Origin: Chromera velia
Lineage: Eukaryota
Direction: 5' to 3'
Length of the DNA stretch: 57,773 bases
Assembly: GCA_018398765.1 (NCBI GenBank)
Contig: JAHBMJ010000077.1
Location: forward strand, 1-57,773
The translations under genes and the position numbers were made by a program. The notes beneath the pieces are model-generated. The model was not told the DNA's origin, did not search any database, and was given only the letters and a program-made list of their open reading frames with translations. Below are positions 36,384 to 48,956 of the stretch, one piece after another (the stretch's first letter is position 1; each line of letters starts with the position of its first letter).

Positions 36384-37267
36384 GGTGCATTTAGATCTAC
36401 AGATAAAAAGCTCTGGATATGGATGACGATGGCGCATCATAGTCATGGTCATAAAAAACTTTGTACAACTATATTTGTGCGCTAAGTGTATGGGCGTCAG
36501 ATGTTTTTTATATTTTTTTAAAAAAATTTTGCTTTTGGAATTCACTCTTTAATCTGAAAAACAAGCTGAATTAAGAAAGGCTGCTAAGAAGTTAGACAGA
36601 AAAATGATAGAAGAATATATACTTAGTATAAAAGTGTTTCAAAACAACCTAGCTAGAAAAGAACATGTTTTTTAATATGAATCTCTTAGTTTTTTTTTTT
36701 AGCTTATAGCTAGGATTATAGCTAGTTTTGATATAAATATAAAAATTGTTATCTCGGGGCGGAACATATCAATCAATCAATCAATCAATCAATCTCGGCA
36801 ATTAATGTTTTCTGTTATAAAATAAAAAAATCTAAATTGTCGAGAGTTTCCGTTCGTATGCTATGACCTATGCTGTGACACACTCTCTCCCTTCTGCTGT
36901 CAAATTGAATTCACCGCTACCAGGCTACTTCGGCCAACAAAATTCTTCCCCCAAGTCAGCGCCCCTTCATGAATGCTGCTGCATTGTCGGCACTCCTTGG
37001 TGTGGTAAAATATAAAAAACTAAAATTGTTACCAAATTAACGCGAGCGCCGGTCCCTGTGCCGCAACACCCTCGCTCCCGTGCAACTCTTATTTCCTGCC
37101 GTTACTACTCCAAGGTTGCTGAGGTGCCCGTCTTGTCACCCTGCAATTCAGTGGAGAAACCGTACATCTATTGCTTTGCGCCTTTGTTTTCTTTTTTTGT
37201 TTTTTTACGAGAAGACCCGAAGAGACTTGAAAGAGTAGGCTTAGTCCTTAAATCACTTACCCAACAT

Positions 37268-39584
37268 TTACAGAGCAAGCGCCTCACGCTCATCTGCTTT
37301 GAGGGTATCTGCAGAGACCTGCCGTGAGAGTTGTTCAAAGCAAGCCTTCATGCGCAGTTTGTCACAGGAGGGATCGGAAGCAGAACTCGAAGGATGAAAC
37401 GGAAACTGATCAGAGAGGGAGGCCGGATCCACACCGCCATTACCAGAGCGGAACCATCGGAACCATCCACCCGTCTGGTTTGCTCCTGTGGAGGACTCTT
37501 TTCGGTTTTCGTCGTCTGGTGGGGGACTCGGCTGGTTCTTCCACTGATCGATGGGACCCAGAGATCCCAACAGCACCCCCAGAGAGGGCGAGCAAAATTG
37601 ATGTTTCCATCCATACTGAATTGATCCATACGCGTGGATGCACAGCAGTCTGAGTTTCTCGAGGTGGGTGATGCAGTAGAGGGCCCCACATATGCCTGAC
37701 ACGGAGGGCAAGGGGATGGAGGCCATCGCCTTGGACCCTCCATTGATGTGTCGCTCGATCACAGAGGGAGCGCTCACACTTGCCCCCCAAGCCTTGTCAC
37801 CCGTCATCCCCCACTCTCTCGAATCAGCTCTGTACACTTTCTGTCCTGCACAGACAGTCACAGCTTCTGACTCTGTGATGACTTCCGCCCCCTCCCATGC
37901 CCACCCCCCAAGCTTCAGACTGAACACTGACTCGAGAATAAAGAGGATCTGGGTGATGTCAACCCCCCCAGCGTCTGAGGCCCAAGAGGGCAGGGAGGGG
38001 CGTGTGCCGCCAGAGGAGTGGTATATGCATGGAACGTCCAACTCCTGGCAGGGCGCCTCCACACAAATTGAATCCTGGCCCCAAGACCAGACACCCAAGG
38101 GGCAAGACCGAGGGACACACAGACCGTGAACATCCTCACGGCAAGTATCGCAAGGAAAAGGGATAAAAGGACATGATACTTCACGTCGACTTCACGTACA
38201 AAAAACCGCTGAAACCGTTCCACTCATTCCCGTCAGGAATCTCCTCCGAATCTGATGATCCGCAGAATCCCGCAGAATTTAACAGGGTGCAAAGGGAAAA
38301 AGGACATATCTATCTGCGGTCTGAAGCTGAAGAACGGAGAATTTCTCCGTCGTCAACAGGACCTGGTTGAAGCCGAAAAATTCCCACCCGCACTCTTTCT
38401 CTACTCTGCCCAAATCCCACACTAGAAGTCCAAATGCGCAGAGCAGCGACCACCCTCAAAGAATAAAGCCGGTCCAAGCGGTCTTCCCACGAGCCTGTGA
38501 GAGGGGGCAAAAGGACATGCGTAAGTCAACGCTGCATTTGGGATTGTGGGAAAGTGCATAGATTACAGAGCTGATGGAGCAGTTTGCAACCTGCAAGAGA
38601 GGGAATGTAGAGAGAGAGAGAGAGAGAGAGAGAGCAAACGACAGCACAGAGGGATGGCAGAGGCTGTAGCAGTAGTTCGCAAAGAGGGATTCAGGGGAGG
38701 TCATGGTGTGATTCAGTTTCAGCGGAGATTCACGTCAACACCTGTCTCTTCGGACGGACCTGTCGAAAGTGTCACTCGCACAAAGGAACATTCCTTCATC
38801 AAGGGATCACTGCAGACACCTGGAGGTGAGGGAGATGACGCACTCTTGCTGATGCTCATGTATGCTTTGCAAAATGAATCCTCCCCATTGACTGCAGCGT
38901 CTCCCGAAGGACGTCTGAAAGTGACTTTCTTCCACTGTTCCCACTTCAAATTCTCCCTTTCCTGTGCCCCCCCCGTCATCATGAGACCCATGCAGCCTCA
39001 GACACTTCAGCCTCCGATGTTCAGTTCCCCCACGACATCCCCTTCGTGAAGGAAGACGATCTGCGCTTTCGTCTCGATTTTCGAGACTTCTCTTTTCGGG
39101 AAAGGGAAGGTATAGATCAAGGGTGTTTTTTTTTTTTCGTGGAGGCATCGAACTTTGCCCCCTTCCTCTTCAAGTCCCTTCAAGTCTTCGAGTGTCAGTT
39201 GCCAGAGTACACGCTTGACTCCGAGATCCACACCGTTTTGTCTTGCTGGAATGTGTGGAGACTCGTCAACGCAAGTACTCTGCCTGCTGACGTGCGAACA
39301 ACTGTGGCATTGCCCTCATACTCCGTGTCATCTCCTTTCCTGGAGATTCCACCACTGAAGAATGCAACCCCCAACAAAGCCCGACACATCGTCGTCACTG
39401 TTGGAGTGTTCAGGTCCCTCCTGGGAACACTTGCATGACCTCTTCGCAGGAAGGCTCTTGTTGGCTGGGTGGAGCCTGTACTCTGTTCGATTTGCAACAC
39501 ATCTGCCTCATGCGTACACAGATCGTATTTACTCTGCATCGGGGACGGAAACCGGGAATGGGGCCAGCCAACCTCCTTTTCCAT
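37268..39584 (-). CDS. Trypsin/chymotrypsin-fold protease-like locus with a Cys nucleophile (gene or pseudogene; structure uncertain)
   Basis: ORF 39584-39195 has GNATVVRTSAGRVLALTSLH. ORF 38098-37268 has GVDITQI, GQKVY, SGICGAL and LLCIHAYG. The intervening region has stops and an intron-like (CT)n tract. Confidence 0.45.
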
Positions 39585-39717
39585 CCTGCCAGGGTCCGGA
39601 ACATTCGATCAAGTTTGTGTTTTGTCAATTTCTCTGAGCTTCTCTGACAGGAAAACCCTTGAGAGCGTACATATCCAATTTAACGACATTTCTGGTTGCA
39701 ACGCTGCATGCTGTGTT

Positions 39718-39986
39718 GGGGGGCTCGTACAAAATACCTTATGCAACGGCGTTGCATAAGAGGGCTGGAGGGGGGGGGGTCTTATGCAGAGGTGATCCCT
39801 CTGGGCGCCGCCGCATTCTAGCATCCATTACATACGCGCCGCCGCCTTATGCAACCAGCAAATTGATGGCTTTGGGGGGGGGGNNNNNNNNNNNNNNNNN
39901 NNNNNNNNNNNNNNNNNNNNNNNNNNGGGGGGGGGGGGGGGTTATGCAACGCCGTTGCATAAAGTATTTTGTACGTACGAGTCCCC
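39718..39986. mobile_element. Small inverted-repeat (MITE-like) element spanning an assembly gap
   Basis: ~40-bp inverted repeats at 39718-39759 and 39942-39986, each containing the near-palindrome TTATGCAACGGCGTTGCATAA. N gap at 39884-39926. Confidence 0.65.
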
Positions 39987-40314
39987 TTGTTTTGCGTGCA
40001 TGCGCTTAATTTGAATTAATTGCCGCCATTTGTGGCGGCGCGCGCGCGCGCAAGGCGCGGCGCCCGCGAAGCATGCAGGGCCGGTCGATCGGACCGACGA
40101 CTTCTGACATCTTCTGACAGTTTCAATGACTCCATAGCTCTAGCTCCACCACTTTCCCGGATGGTCTTCATGATTCTTCACCATCCATCAAATTTGTGAA
40201 GCAACTGCCAGAGCAAGGTCTTACTGATCAAGTCAAGTCACTGCATGCTCAGAAATTATTCGCGCAAACGACCGAGGCAAGGGCTCCCTTTTCCGTCTCG
40301 TTCCAAAGTCCAAA

Positions 40315-43300
40315 ATGGCTGAAAAGAGTGGGGCGACAGAGGCTCTGAAGGAGAGTGGGACTCAGAAATACACGGGAGGTGACTTGTTTGGTGCTTTGGG
40401 GGACTACCTCTCGGCCTTGGAAGCTGTTGAGAGTTCTGTTCACAAAGAGGAGAAATCCGAAGCCAACAGAAAACTCCGTCTCGTTTTGCGATCGAATGTT
40501 TCTGCTGTTCTATATGAGCTGGGTTTGTATGAAGAGGCCCTTGCCCATTCCCAGAGAGTGCTCGACAGTGTCTCTGAAGAAAAGGAGCTGTCCCAAGACC
40601 TCCAGGGGCTTAGAGAGAAAAACTCAAAACGAGTAGAAAAAATTCAGAAAATGCTCACACCTGGTGCAGCAACAGGTGTCATGTCTGCTTCCCTGTCTCG
40701 CGAGTTAGTGAGAAGACTACCTCGCTACCGCCCCGCCCGTCTGAATCAGGGGCTCGAAGTTTTCATCGGGCATGAAGCAGCTTCGTCTGCCTTTCGCCTG
40801 ACTCGAGACGAGGATGCCGTTGAATCGTTTCTTGACTCGACGACAGAAGGAGACGGCAAGGTTCTCTCTGTCAATGAGGCAAGGAAACTGGTTGTCGACA
40901 TTTTTGATGAGAAGTCCGACACCAAAAAAGGAGACGATAGGACGTTCTCGGTCTTCTTCGGTGGGTGCGGAGACTCCAGACACTTCATGCTGACCATCAT
41001 TGACCTCATGCAGCAGATCAGCCGTCGCGGTCCTGATGCGCAGAGCGCCTACACCTTCAACTTTGTCCTCAACGACATCCACCCTGTCCTTATCACCCGT
41101 CTCCTCCTCATCATCAAGCTCTCACAGGACATCGTCAACTCCGAGACGACGCTCGCAGACTTGCAGGAGGCCTCAGCGAGTCCAGCGAAGGATTCTGCCA
41201 CCTGTGCGCAGTTTCTCTTTGCAAGTACGCTCATTCCCCCCCGCATTTACGACGACGTCTTCCTGCCTTTGGTTGCTGATGCAATCGCTGTTGCAGAGGG
41301 GCAGCTTGCTCTCGCCTCTCCTTCAGATTCAGAACCCTGCTGGCGTGCGTCAATCTACGGGATCTCCGTCGACGCTCAGACACTGAGGGCAGTTCTCGCA
41401 AAGCTGCGTGACTGGCAGGCAGGTGTAGGCAGCGTGAGCAGCAAGGCAGCCCGCAAGGGATGGTTGGTTGACAGGGCGATGCCCGATGCTGCTATCGATC
41501 AGAACCACAAAAGGCAGGTTCTCGAGGGTGACAATCCCCAGGTGCGGCAAATGCGTGAGGAGAAGATAGAGCAGGAGAAGGCCGACCTCACTCGGCACAT
41601 CACGAGCCTCTCCGAAGAGGATTTCAAGGCGCATTTCGAGAACCCCATGTTCAAGACGATGATCACGACCTTGGCCGCACAAGAGAGTGTGGCGATGGAC
41701 ACATATGAATCCATGCCGCTTGAAGAGCAGAAAGCCTTTGTTCTAAAGGTCATGCTGCCTCTCTCGGCACACAAGGTCGACAACCAGATTGATCAAGAGG
41801 GTCCCCCCGAGTTGAGAATCCTTGCGTCGACGGACAACGGTCGCAACTGTGTGGCATGCGTGTGTGCACTGGAGAGGTATTTCGTGTGGGTCAAGCAGTA
41901 CTTGCTGCCTCCGGATGTGGTGGTGGCGGTGCTGGGGGAGCTGGAGCCTGCGGGTGCGGCTGCAAGGGGGGAAGGGGAAGGAGTGGGGCGTCAGTTAGCC
42001 GTGGGGAGTCGGTGGACGGAGACGCTCCTTGAGTCGGGGGATTCTACCGACAGGTTTCCTAAATTTACCGCCTTCACTCAGAAGTGCGTGCAGAAATGCA
42101 GGTCCGTGCGCAATTCGTATTTCTGTGAAACGCGCAGAGAGAGAATTCAGAGCCCTTTTCTTTTGCCGGCACCCACTGAAAGCAGACAGGCCGCATGGGC
42201 AGAGAAAAACAGGCAGGTTGGCAGGCAAAGTGAAGGGATGCTTCCTTCTTGAAATCCAACTAAACGAAATTGCTATCGATAGTCTGTCTGTGGGCGACAG
42301 AGAAGAAAAACGAAGAATGCATGTGAAGTCTCTCTCGGTTCTCAGTTTATCATTCAAAAGACTCGCCTGCTCGTCGGCCTTGTCATTTTCTTGACGGAAA
42401 AGGACACAAAACAGAATCTGTCGGTTGTTGTTGCACTGCTGTTTGTGTGCATTTGGTGTCTGTCGCCTGCGAATGCATATGCGCAGAATGACTCTTTTCG
42501 GACTGTATACAGTCCCACTCTTTTCTTCTTGCTTTCGAGGCCCGTGGAGGAATGCAAGACTGTCATGGACATATGCACGTGCATGTGCGTGTGCAGGGAC
42601 TTGTGGGGCCCTGTGAAGGACTGGAAGACAAACCCAACAATCGGGGAGGATTCCATGATTGCAGAGATGCTGGCCGCAAACGGGCCCCTGCCTCCATATG
42701 CCGATCCCCTCCAATGGAAAACCATGTTTGACCCGATTACAGTTGGATATGACCTTTATCGGGCTGCCGAGCTTGATGCTCCTGCCATCGAGGGCGTGAT
42801 TCAGAAACCGCCCAAGCAGACGCAGCTCTCCGATTTTTTCTCGTACTTCTTTTGGGCCTTCGGAAAAGGTCTACAGAGTCTGCTGGGGGGGGTTGGAAAT
42901 ACGGAGGAGAGAGAGCAGAAGAAGGCGGCTCGCGTTGTCTTGTTCTGTGGTGATGTCAACGAAGCCATTGAGGCTGCGTGCCCTCTTGGATCGCGGGAGA
43001 GTAGCAAGTTTGATCGTATCTTCCTTTCCAACGTCCCTGACTACACAGCATTTCTCCCGGTTCTCACCACCTGTGCCGCTGCTCTGAAACACCACCCCTT
43101 GTCAGAGCCCTCTCCCTCAGCCAAGTCCACCCATGCAACCGCCTCGATCCAAAGCAACGTTCTTATGAACACGCAGCTCTTCTCGTCCTACGATGCGTAC
43201 TTGTTCAACGGAGCCTTTGTCAAGCTTGCACATGCCGAAAAGCCCTTCGGCCTGAAGTGCACGAATGACAATCTCTGGACCGGCCTCGACAACAGATGGG

Positions 43301-44226
43301 AGATCGCAACCCCCCCACCCCGCAACCACACCCAGATTCCCAGAGCCCCCTCATGCATTTCCCGAAGTCTTCGCAAAACAGAAGCCCAGCTCTACCTGAA
43401 GTCACTCTTGATCCATCTCCTCTTTCCACCCAAACAAGATACGGAGACGGCCGCCAAAACATGCCGTGCAACACAACCCCTCAACGCCACCAACTTCTTC
43501 CGCACCGTTGAGCATCTCATCCTCTCCCATCAAACCTCCTGGCCTGCACACTGGGCGACAGATGTTCTACAGGGGGTCCTCTCCCGCCACTGTGTGGACA
43601 CCCAACTCCTGCTCCCCCCGAAAGAGCAGCCGCCAACACCGCCCAAGACCCTGCCAGCAGGGAAGACCTCCAAAGTCGACCTGCGCGCTTTCGATGCAGA
43701 GATTCGCACACTCTGTGCAGTCTTTAGAGACACCTGGGTTTGTCGCTTTGGTGACCGAGCACCAAGCCCTTACGCCGATCTCACCGGTAACATTCTGAGC
43801 TTGAGTGAAGTCGGCAAATACCGGCTTGACAGGTTGAGCCTTTTTCCCATTCGACTCCGACAGCTTGGAATGCCCAAAAACAACAGTGTGGGGCTGGCGA
43901 TTGTTCGCACACGACCAGGTAGGGGTTCTTTTGACTCCGAAAATTCGTTCGCTGCTTTTACTATGGGGGGTTCGTGTCCGATTGACGTTTGTGAGTTTCT
44001 GAATGCGGGGAAGGTCCTTCACTTGATCACGACTCTTGATTTCTGCTCACGTCGAAAGAGCTGTCAGTTTCTTCTGCCTCGGCAGGTGTTCGAGGATCTG
44101 AAGGGAAAAAAAGACGTGTGCGCAGTGCTTGTGGACTTCACCGTCTATTTGTCTCTCTCCGAACCCAAAAGCGTGGGGGACGCAGCTTTTGTAGAGGGAT
44201 TGGCCCTGCAGGAGTTCGAGGGGTGA
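40315..44226 (+). CDS. TPR + DUF4470 domain protein, ~1138 aa, 2 exons
   Basis: Exons 40315-42101 and 42597-44226 (phase-2 GTCCGT...TGCAG intron; 3417 nt). N-terminal TPR (ALKESGTQKY...SNVSAVLYELGLYEEAL). DUF4470-type motifs FFGGCGDSRHF, LNDIHP..ITR and FDRIFLSNVPDY. Confidence 0.88.
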
Positions 44227-45427
44227 GAGCCGGGCCAGGTCTCCTGAAGACCCAGTGCAGTGATAGGGCCAGACGCCAAACGATAGACTCCTATTTACAG
44301 GCTGATCATGGCCGCTGATGGCGATGCCAGTGGTGTATGATGAGATACGTAAATGATGTTTCTTCATAGTAGTATTAGCGACAAACTAGTATCATCCCCA
44401 ACATGATCCACCATGATGGCACCATCTACAATGTTTTGAATACAAATATTGTTTTAGATATGAGTGAAACATTATTGTACATGTATGTCATTTTAAATGT
44501 TATTCTTGTTTCACTATATATGTTAATACGTGGTTACCAGTTATTTAGTAACTTTAGTAATCGTAAGAATGATCTTCAATACCTAGTTCAATACTAGCTT
44601 CAATATAATGTGACGTTTATCTGACATCGATATCGATTCGTCATGCGGTACACTAAGCGGCACATGCAGTGTTATGCACTTGAGATCCAATTGACTTTAA
44701 TAATTTTTACCTTAATTTTTTAAGTGTAAGAGCTGCCCAGGGAGCCGCGGCAGCATTGCGGGATGTACTGGACAGACGGGTTGTGTCTAGGTTTTTGTCA
44801 GGCATATAAGTCACATGCACTGTCACAGACTAATACTAGTTAGTAGTAATACTGAGTACCAATACTAACCTAAATACTGTACTGTATAATACTGTATACT
44901 ACTATATATAATTAGCGCACAGATCTAGATAGAAACCAGAGTAAAGCTCAGAAAGGCAAGAAAAACAAATAAAATCTAGAACAAAATGTAGTAGAACACC
45001 TAGTAGAACGCAGACTTCCAAACAGGCGACGGATTGTTCAAGTTTTTTTCAAGTGAGGGAGAGCCCTAGGGAGAGCCAGCAAGGGAGCGAGGGAGCGACT
45101 AGGGGAGCGAGCGAGGGGAGAGAGAGAGGGGGAGGGGGGGTTCCTTTCTTTTTGCTCGATCATTTTCTTCATATGTAAATTGAGAAAAAAAATATACACA
45201 ACACTAGACACAACGCAGAAAAAAAGAAAGACATGCAGAAGCAAAGACAGAAGAACAACACGGTCATTCAGGCAACATGAGGAGGGCCCGGGTCCCGAAA
45301 AGCGTAGACAAATAATCTCAGAGACAGACAAACTCCTAAGCAAACTGTATCGTAATTCTTTTTGTCTTCCTCTTTTCTCCAGTCAGATGCTGCTCTCTTT
45401 TTCTCTCCCCTTTTTCTCTTTGTGCAC

Positions 45428-45453
45428 ACAAAAGACAAACAGACGAGAGAGAG

Positions 45454-45505
<52 letters not shown>

Positions 45506-45615
45506 GGAAAAAACAGAAAGAAAGAAAAAAAGAAAGAAAGAAAGAAAGAAACAAAAGAACAGAGAAACAAAGAAACAAAGAAACAAAGCAACAAAGAAAC
45601 AAAGAAACAAAGAAA

Positions 45616-45651
<36 letters not shown>

Positions 45652-45861
45652 GAAAGACAGAAAGACAGAAAGAAAGGAAGGAAGGAAGGGAGGGAAAAAG
45701 GAAGGAAGGAAGGAAAAAAGGAAGGAGGGAAGGAAAAAAGGAAGGAAGGAAGGAAAAAAGGAAGGAAGGAAGGAAGGAAGGAAGAAAGAAGGAAGGAAGG
45801 AAGGAAGGAAGGAAAGAAAGAAAGAAAAAAAGAAAGAAAGAAAGAAAGAAAGAAAGGAGGA

Positions 45862-45956
<95 letters not shown>

Positions 45957-46107
45957 GAAGGAAGGAAGGGAGGGAGGGAGGGAAAAAGGAAGGAAGGAAG
46001 GAAGGAAGGAAGGAAAAAAGGAAGGAAGGAAGGAAAAAAGGAAGGAAGGAAGGAAAAAAGGAAGGAAGGAAGGAAGGAAGGAAGGGAAGGAAGGAAGGAA
46101 GGAAGGA

Positions 46108-46179
<72 letters not shown>

Positions 46180-46187
46180 AAGAAAAA

Positions 46188-46219
<32 letters not shown>

Positions 46220-46256
46220 ACAAAGACAAAAGAACAAAACAGGCAGGCAGGCAGGC
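45428..46256. repeat. ~830-bp purine-rich (GA)n/(GAAA)n/(GGAA)n simple-repeat tract
   Basis: Directly visible; source of the long K/E/R-rich and F/L/S-rich ORFs. Confidence 0.97.
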
Positions 46257-46429
46257 CTCTCTAAATCGGGGCTTCGATCGAGAATCTTCGCTTTCCTTGA
46301 AAAGAAGAATTCGGTCCTAGAGAGAAAATTGCTAAAAAAAATCATGTATGGAAGAGGGCTCGCTAGAGCCAGGGGTTCGATTGATGTTGGTGTCGCCGTG
46401 TATGTCTGCAGAAACACATTCAATGTGAT

Positions 46430-47188
46430 TCACTTTTTCCGCCATTGCTTCTGTTTAACTGGGGCATTCCACACATATGCCCCTTTCATTGTGTAATGAT
46501 TTGTGTAGAACTTCCACAAAAGGTTCCTTGCCATCTTCCCCACCTTCTCCTTATCAAACCCATGGACGACCATCACAGTTCCCGTCTGGTTCAGGTACAC
46601 TCTGCAGACCCCTGGGTACTTCAGGGCGAGACGGCTGGCGTCGATGGGCTTCACACCCACTCCCATGCGGACGTACAGGTGGGGCCACTCTGGGTCGAAG
46701 TAGGCCCTCACCCCCCGACCCTGCAGGATGATCTGTACAGCGTGGCCCGTCGTGTAGTCTGCCTGACAGTTTTCGATTGTGCGCGTGGAGGCGGCACGTG
46801 GGTCCGATGCCCCGACAAAAGCCGTGTCCTCCATTCCCTTCACGTTCCTCATCTGCAAAAACCGCAGTTGGGACTCGTGTTGTCGAAAAAAATATCCCGA
46901 CCCGAGCCTCTGGACAAGGGCCGGGTATCTCCGGTAGTTGATTGACCTCGGCCAGGCGTTGTGGGGGGTCTTGGGGATCTGCACCTGCCACACGTTGGTG
47001 TCCATTCTCTGGGGCCCTCCAAAGATCTCGCTGTACGACCACGCAGTGCTTCGGGGCCCTCCAGCGAAGGTACGGGTCTGGGAGAGCAAGGGGGGGAAGG
47101 AGACGGGAGACGGGATAAGGGAATGATACAGCGACTGGGTACAGGACACAGCGCGTCGAGATCGACTGCAGGCAGGGGGGCAGGCCAT
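46430..47188 (-). CDS. MRPL6: Mitochondrial ribosomal protein uL6m, ~252 aa, with N-terminal targeting-like extension
   Basis: L6 C-terminal domain signatures IILQGRGVRA, VHGFDKEKVGKMA and YTMKG...KQKQWRKK. Arg/Ser-rich, acid-free N-terminus ending RTFA. First ATG at 47188. Confidence 0.8.
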   Translation of the reverse strand: MACPPACSRSRRAVSCTQSLYHSLIPSPVSFPPLLSQTRTFAGGPRSTAWSYSEIFGGPQRMDTNVWQVQIPKTPHNAWPRSINYRRYPALVQRLGSGYFFRQHESQLRFLQMRNVKGMEDTAFVGASDPRAASTRTIENCQADYTTGHAVQIILQGRGVRAYFDPEWPHLYVRMGVGVKPIDASRLALKYPGVCRVYLNQTGTVMVVHGFDKEKVGKMARNLLWKFYTNHYTMKGAYVWNAPVKQKQWRKK

Positions 47189-48062
47189 ATTTTGACTCAA
47201 TAAAAGCAGAAGCTGGACATGCGGAGGTGAGGTTTAGGAGGCAAACAAAAGCTCCCAATCAGGAAATAAGGGAAAACTTAATTGGCAGCACCCATGCATG
47301 CATGTCTCGAAAGAAGGAGCTTGAGGGGGGAATCTGTGAAGGATCCCCGAGGCCCACTGATTTTCATTGCACTACTGTGAACTTGAGTGAAGCATCATAT
47401 AGCGGACTGAGTTGGCTTCATGTTGGCTTCCGTCGACAAACTAGGTTAGATCCGCCTCTCATATATGGGGACGCGGCATGAATGAAAAAACCCTCAATCA
47501 ACATGTTGGCTTCCGTATGGCTTGCCGGGGCCCAGGGCCTCGGTATCTGTCTAGTTCAGACCCCCTACGCGTTCCGGCAGAAAAAATGTTACGTTGTTTT
47601 GTCACAAAAATAGAGACACACACCTCTCAAGAGTACGTGCGGTAAGTCCGTCTGCTTTGCCCTCCGAGGCGACATCCGAACAACCAAAGAGGCCCCAGAA
47701 GATTTCCACATTTTACATAAACTTTTGCGGATCACCGCGGCATGCATGCATGCACGTACGCGCGTACGCTCGGGCGTCCATATGCATGCATCGACTCGAG
47801 GCACTCACCTACACTCACCTACAACGGACATCTATTGAACTTAATAATTGAAGACCATTTGTCTGACCTTGACAGGCAGACATCAGCAGAGTCTGAGCAG
47901 ACAGCTGGCAATGCAGACCTCCGGGTCCAACGTCCATAAGCCACATATCCCGGCACTACACAGCACACAAGCCAACAGCTGAATTAATTAATTGGTACGG
48001 GTTCAATGGCACTGATGTTCAAGAACGCCAAAACGGGCTGTATTCTCATTCTTCCGGGAACC

Positions 48063-48956
48063 TTCTTTTCTTTCGGCCTTCAGCTGACAGTGCCAGCCAT
48101 TCGCTTGCTAGATTCACTTGTCTCCCTCCGCTTGCAGCCCTCATTTTAACGCCTGTACCTCCACTTTGGCGGTGCGGTCTTTTTTCTCCCGTCAGCTGCC
48201 TCCGTCTGTCTGTCTCCCGCCCTCAGGTCTTATTCCTTCTCTTCCAGCCTTCTGCTGCCAGCCATTCGCTTGCCTCCCTTTCGCTTCAGCCGTCATTTAT
48301 GTCCCTGCACCTCCATCTATATATGTGCTGCGCTTTTTCTCGTTCCGCTACCTCTCCCCCCCCCTGCGCCTAGATCGTGTTCAGGTTGCGTTCTTTCTCT
48401 TCCAGCCGCTAGCTGCCCGTTCTCGGTTTAATTCCCTTTGCTTTCAGCCCTTCACTCGCATTCCTCTGCCTCCACCTTTACCTTTGTGCCTAGCCTTTGT
48501 GCTGAAAGCTTTCTACTTTCGCTACCTGCCTCTCCGTTTGTGCCTATCGCGTTCAGGGTGCATTCTGCCTCTTCCATGCAGCATTTCTTTTCTTCCTGGG
48601 GACCAGCCCCCTCGAGCCCTCTGCTACATTCTGCTACGAGCCCCTTCCTTTTCTCCCTCTTATTTTAATCCTTTGATCATAATATCATTTCTTAGCTTCT
48701 ACCTCTGTTCTGCGCCCTATCTGCTCTTGCGATCTGCGGCTATCTGCATCTACCTTTCTGTCTCCCGCCCTCAGCTCACGTTTCTTCTCTTTCGGCCTTC
48801 AGCTGGCAGTGTCAGCCATTCACTTGTCTCCCTCCGCTTTCAGCCCTCACTTGAATGCGTGTACCTCCACTTCGGTGGTGCAGTCTGTCTTCTCCTATCA
48901 TCTGCCTCCGTCTTTCTGTCTCCCGCCCTCAGGTCTTTTTCCTTTTTCTTCAGCCG
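48063..48956. repeat. Degenerate ~180-bp direct repeats (48063-48249 and 48782-48956) with diverged units between
   Basis: Shared TTTCGGCCTTCAGCTGRCAGTGYCAGCCATTC...TGTACCTCCACTT...TCTGTCTCCCGCCCTCAGGTCTT. Confidence 0.85.

Noticed and set aside
39007..39197. In-frame TGA codons in the protease-like locus as selenocysteine or recoding
   Set aside because: Other genes use TGA as a normal stop, no SECIS is evident, and readthrough does not restore a long frame.
39884..39926. N run (also a single N at 51119) flanked by poly-G
   Set aside because: Assembly gap; poly-G lengths here are unreliable.
42391..42596. Apparent signal peptide at the start of the 611-aa ORF, suggesting a separate secreted protein
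   Set aside because: Lies in the phase-consistent intron 42102-42596 of the DUF4470 gene.
45180..46496. Long ORFs of 257-438 aa (K/E/R-rich on +, F/L/S-rich on -)
   Set aside because: Translations of a stop-free (GAAA)/(GGAA) simple-repeat tract.
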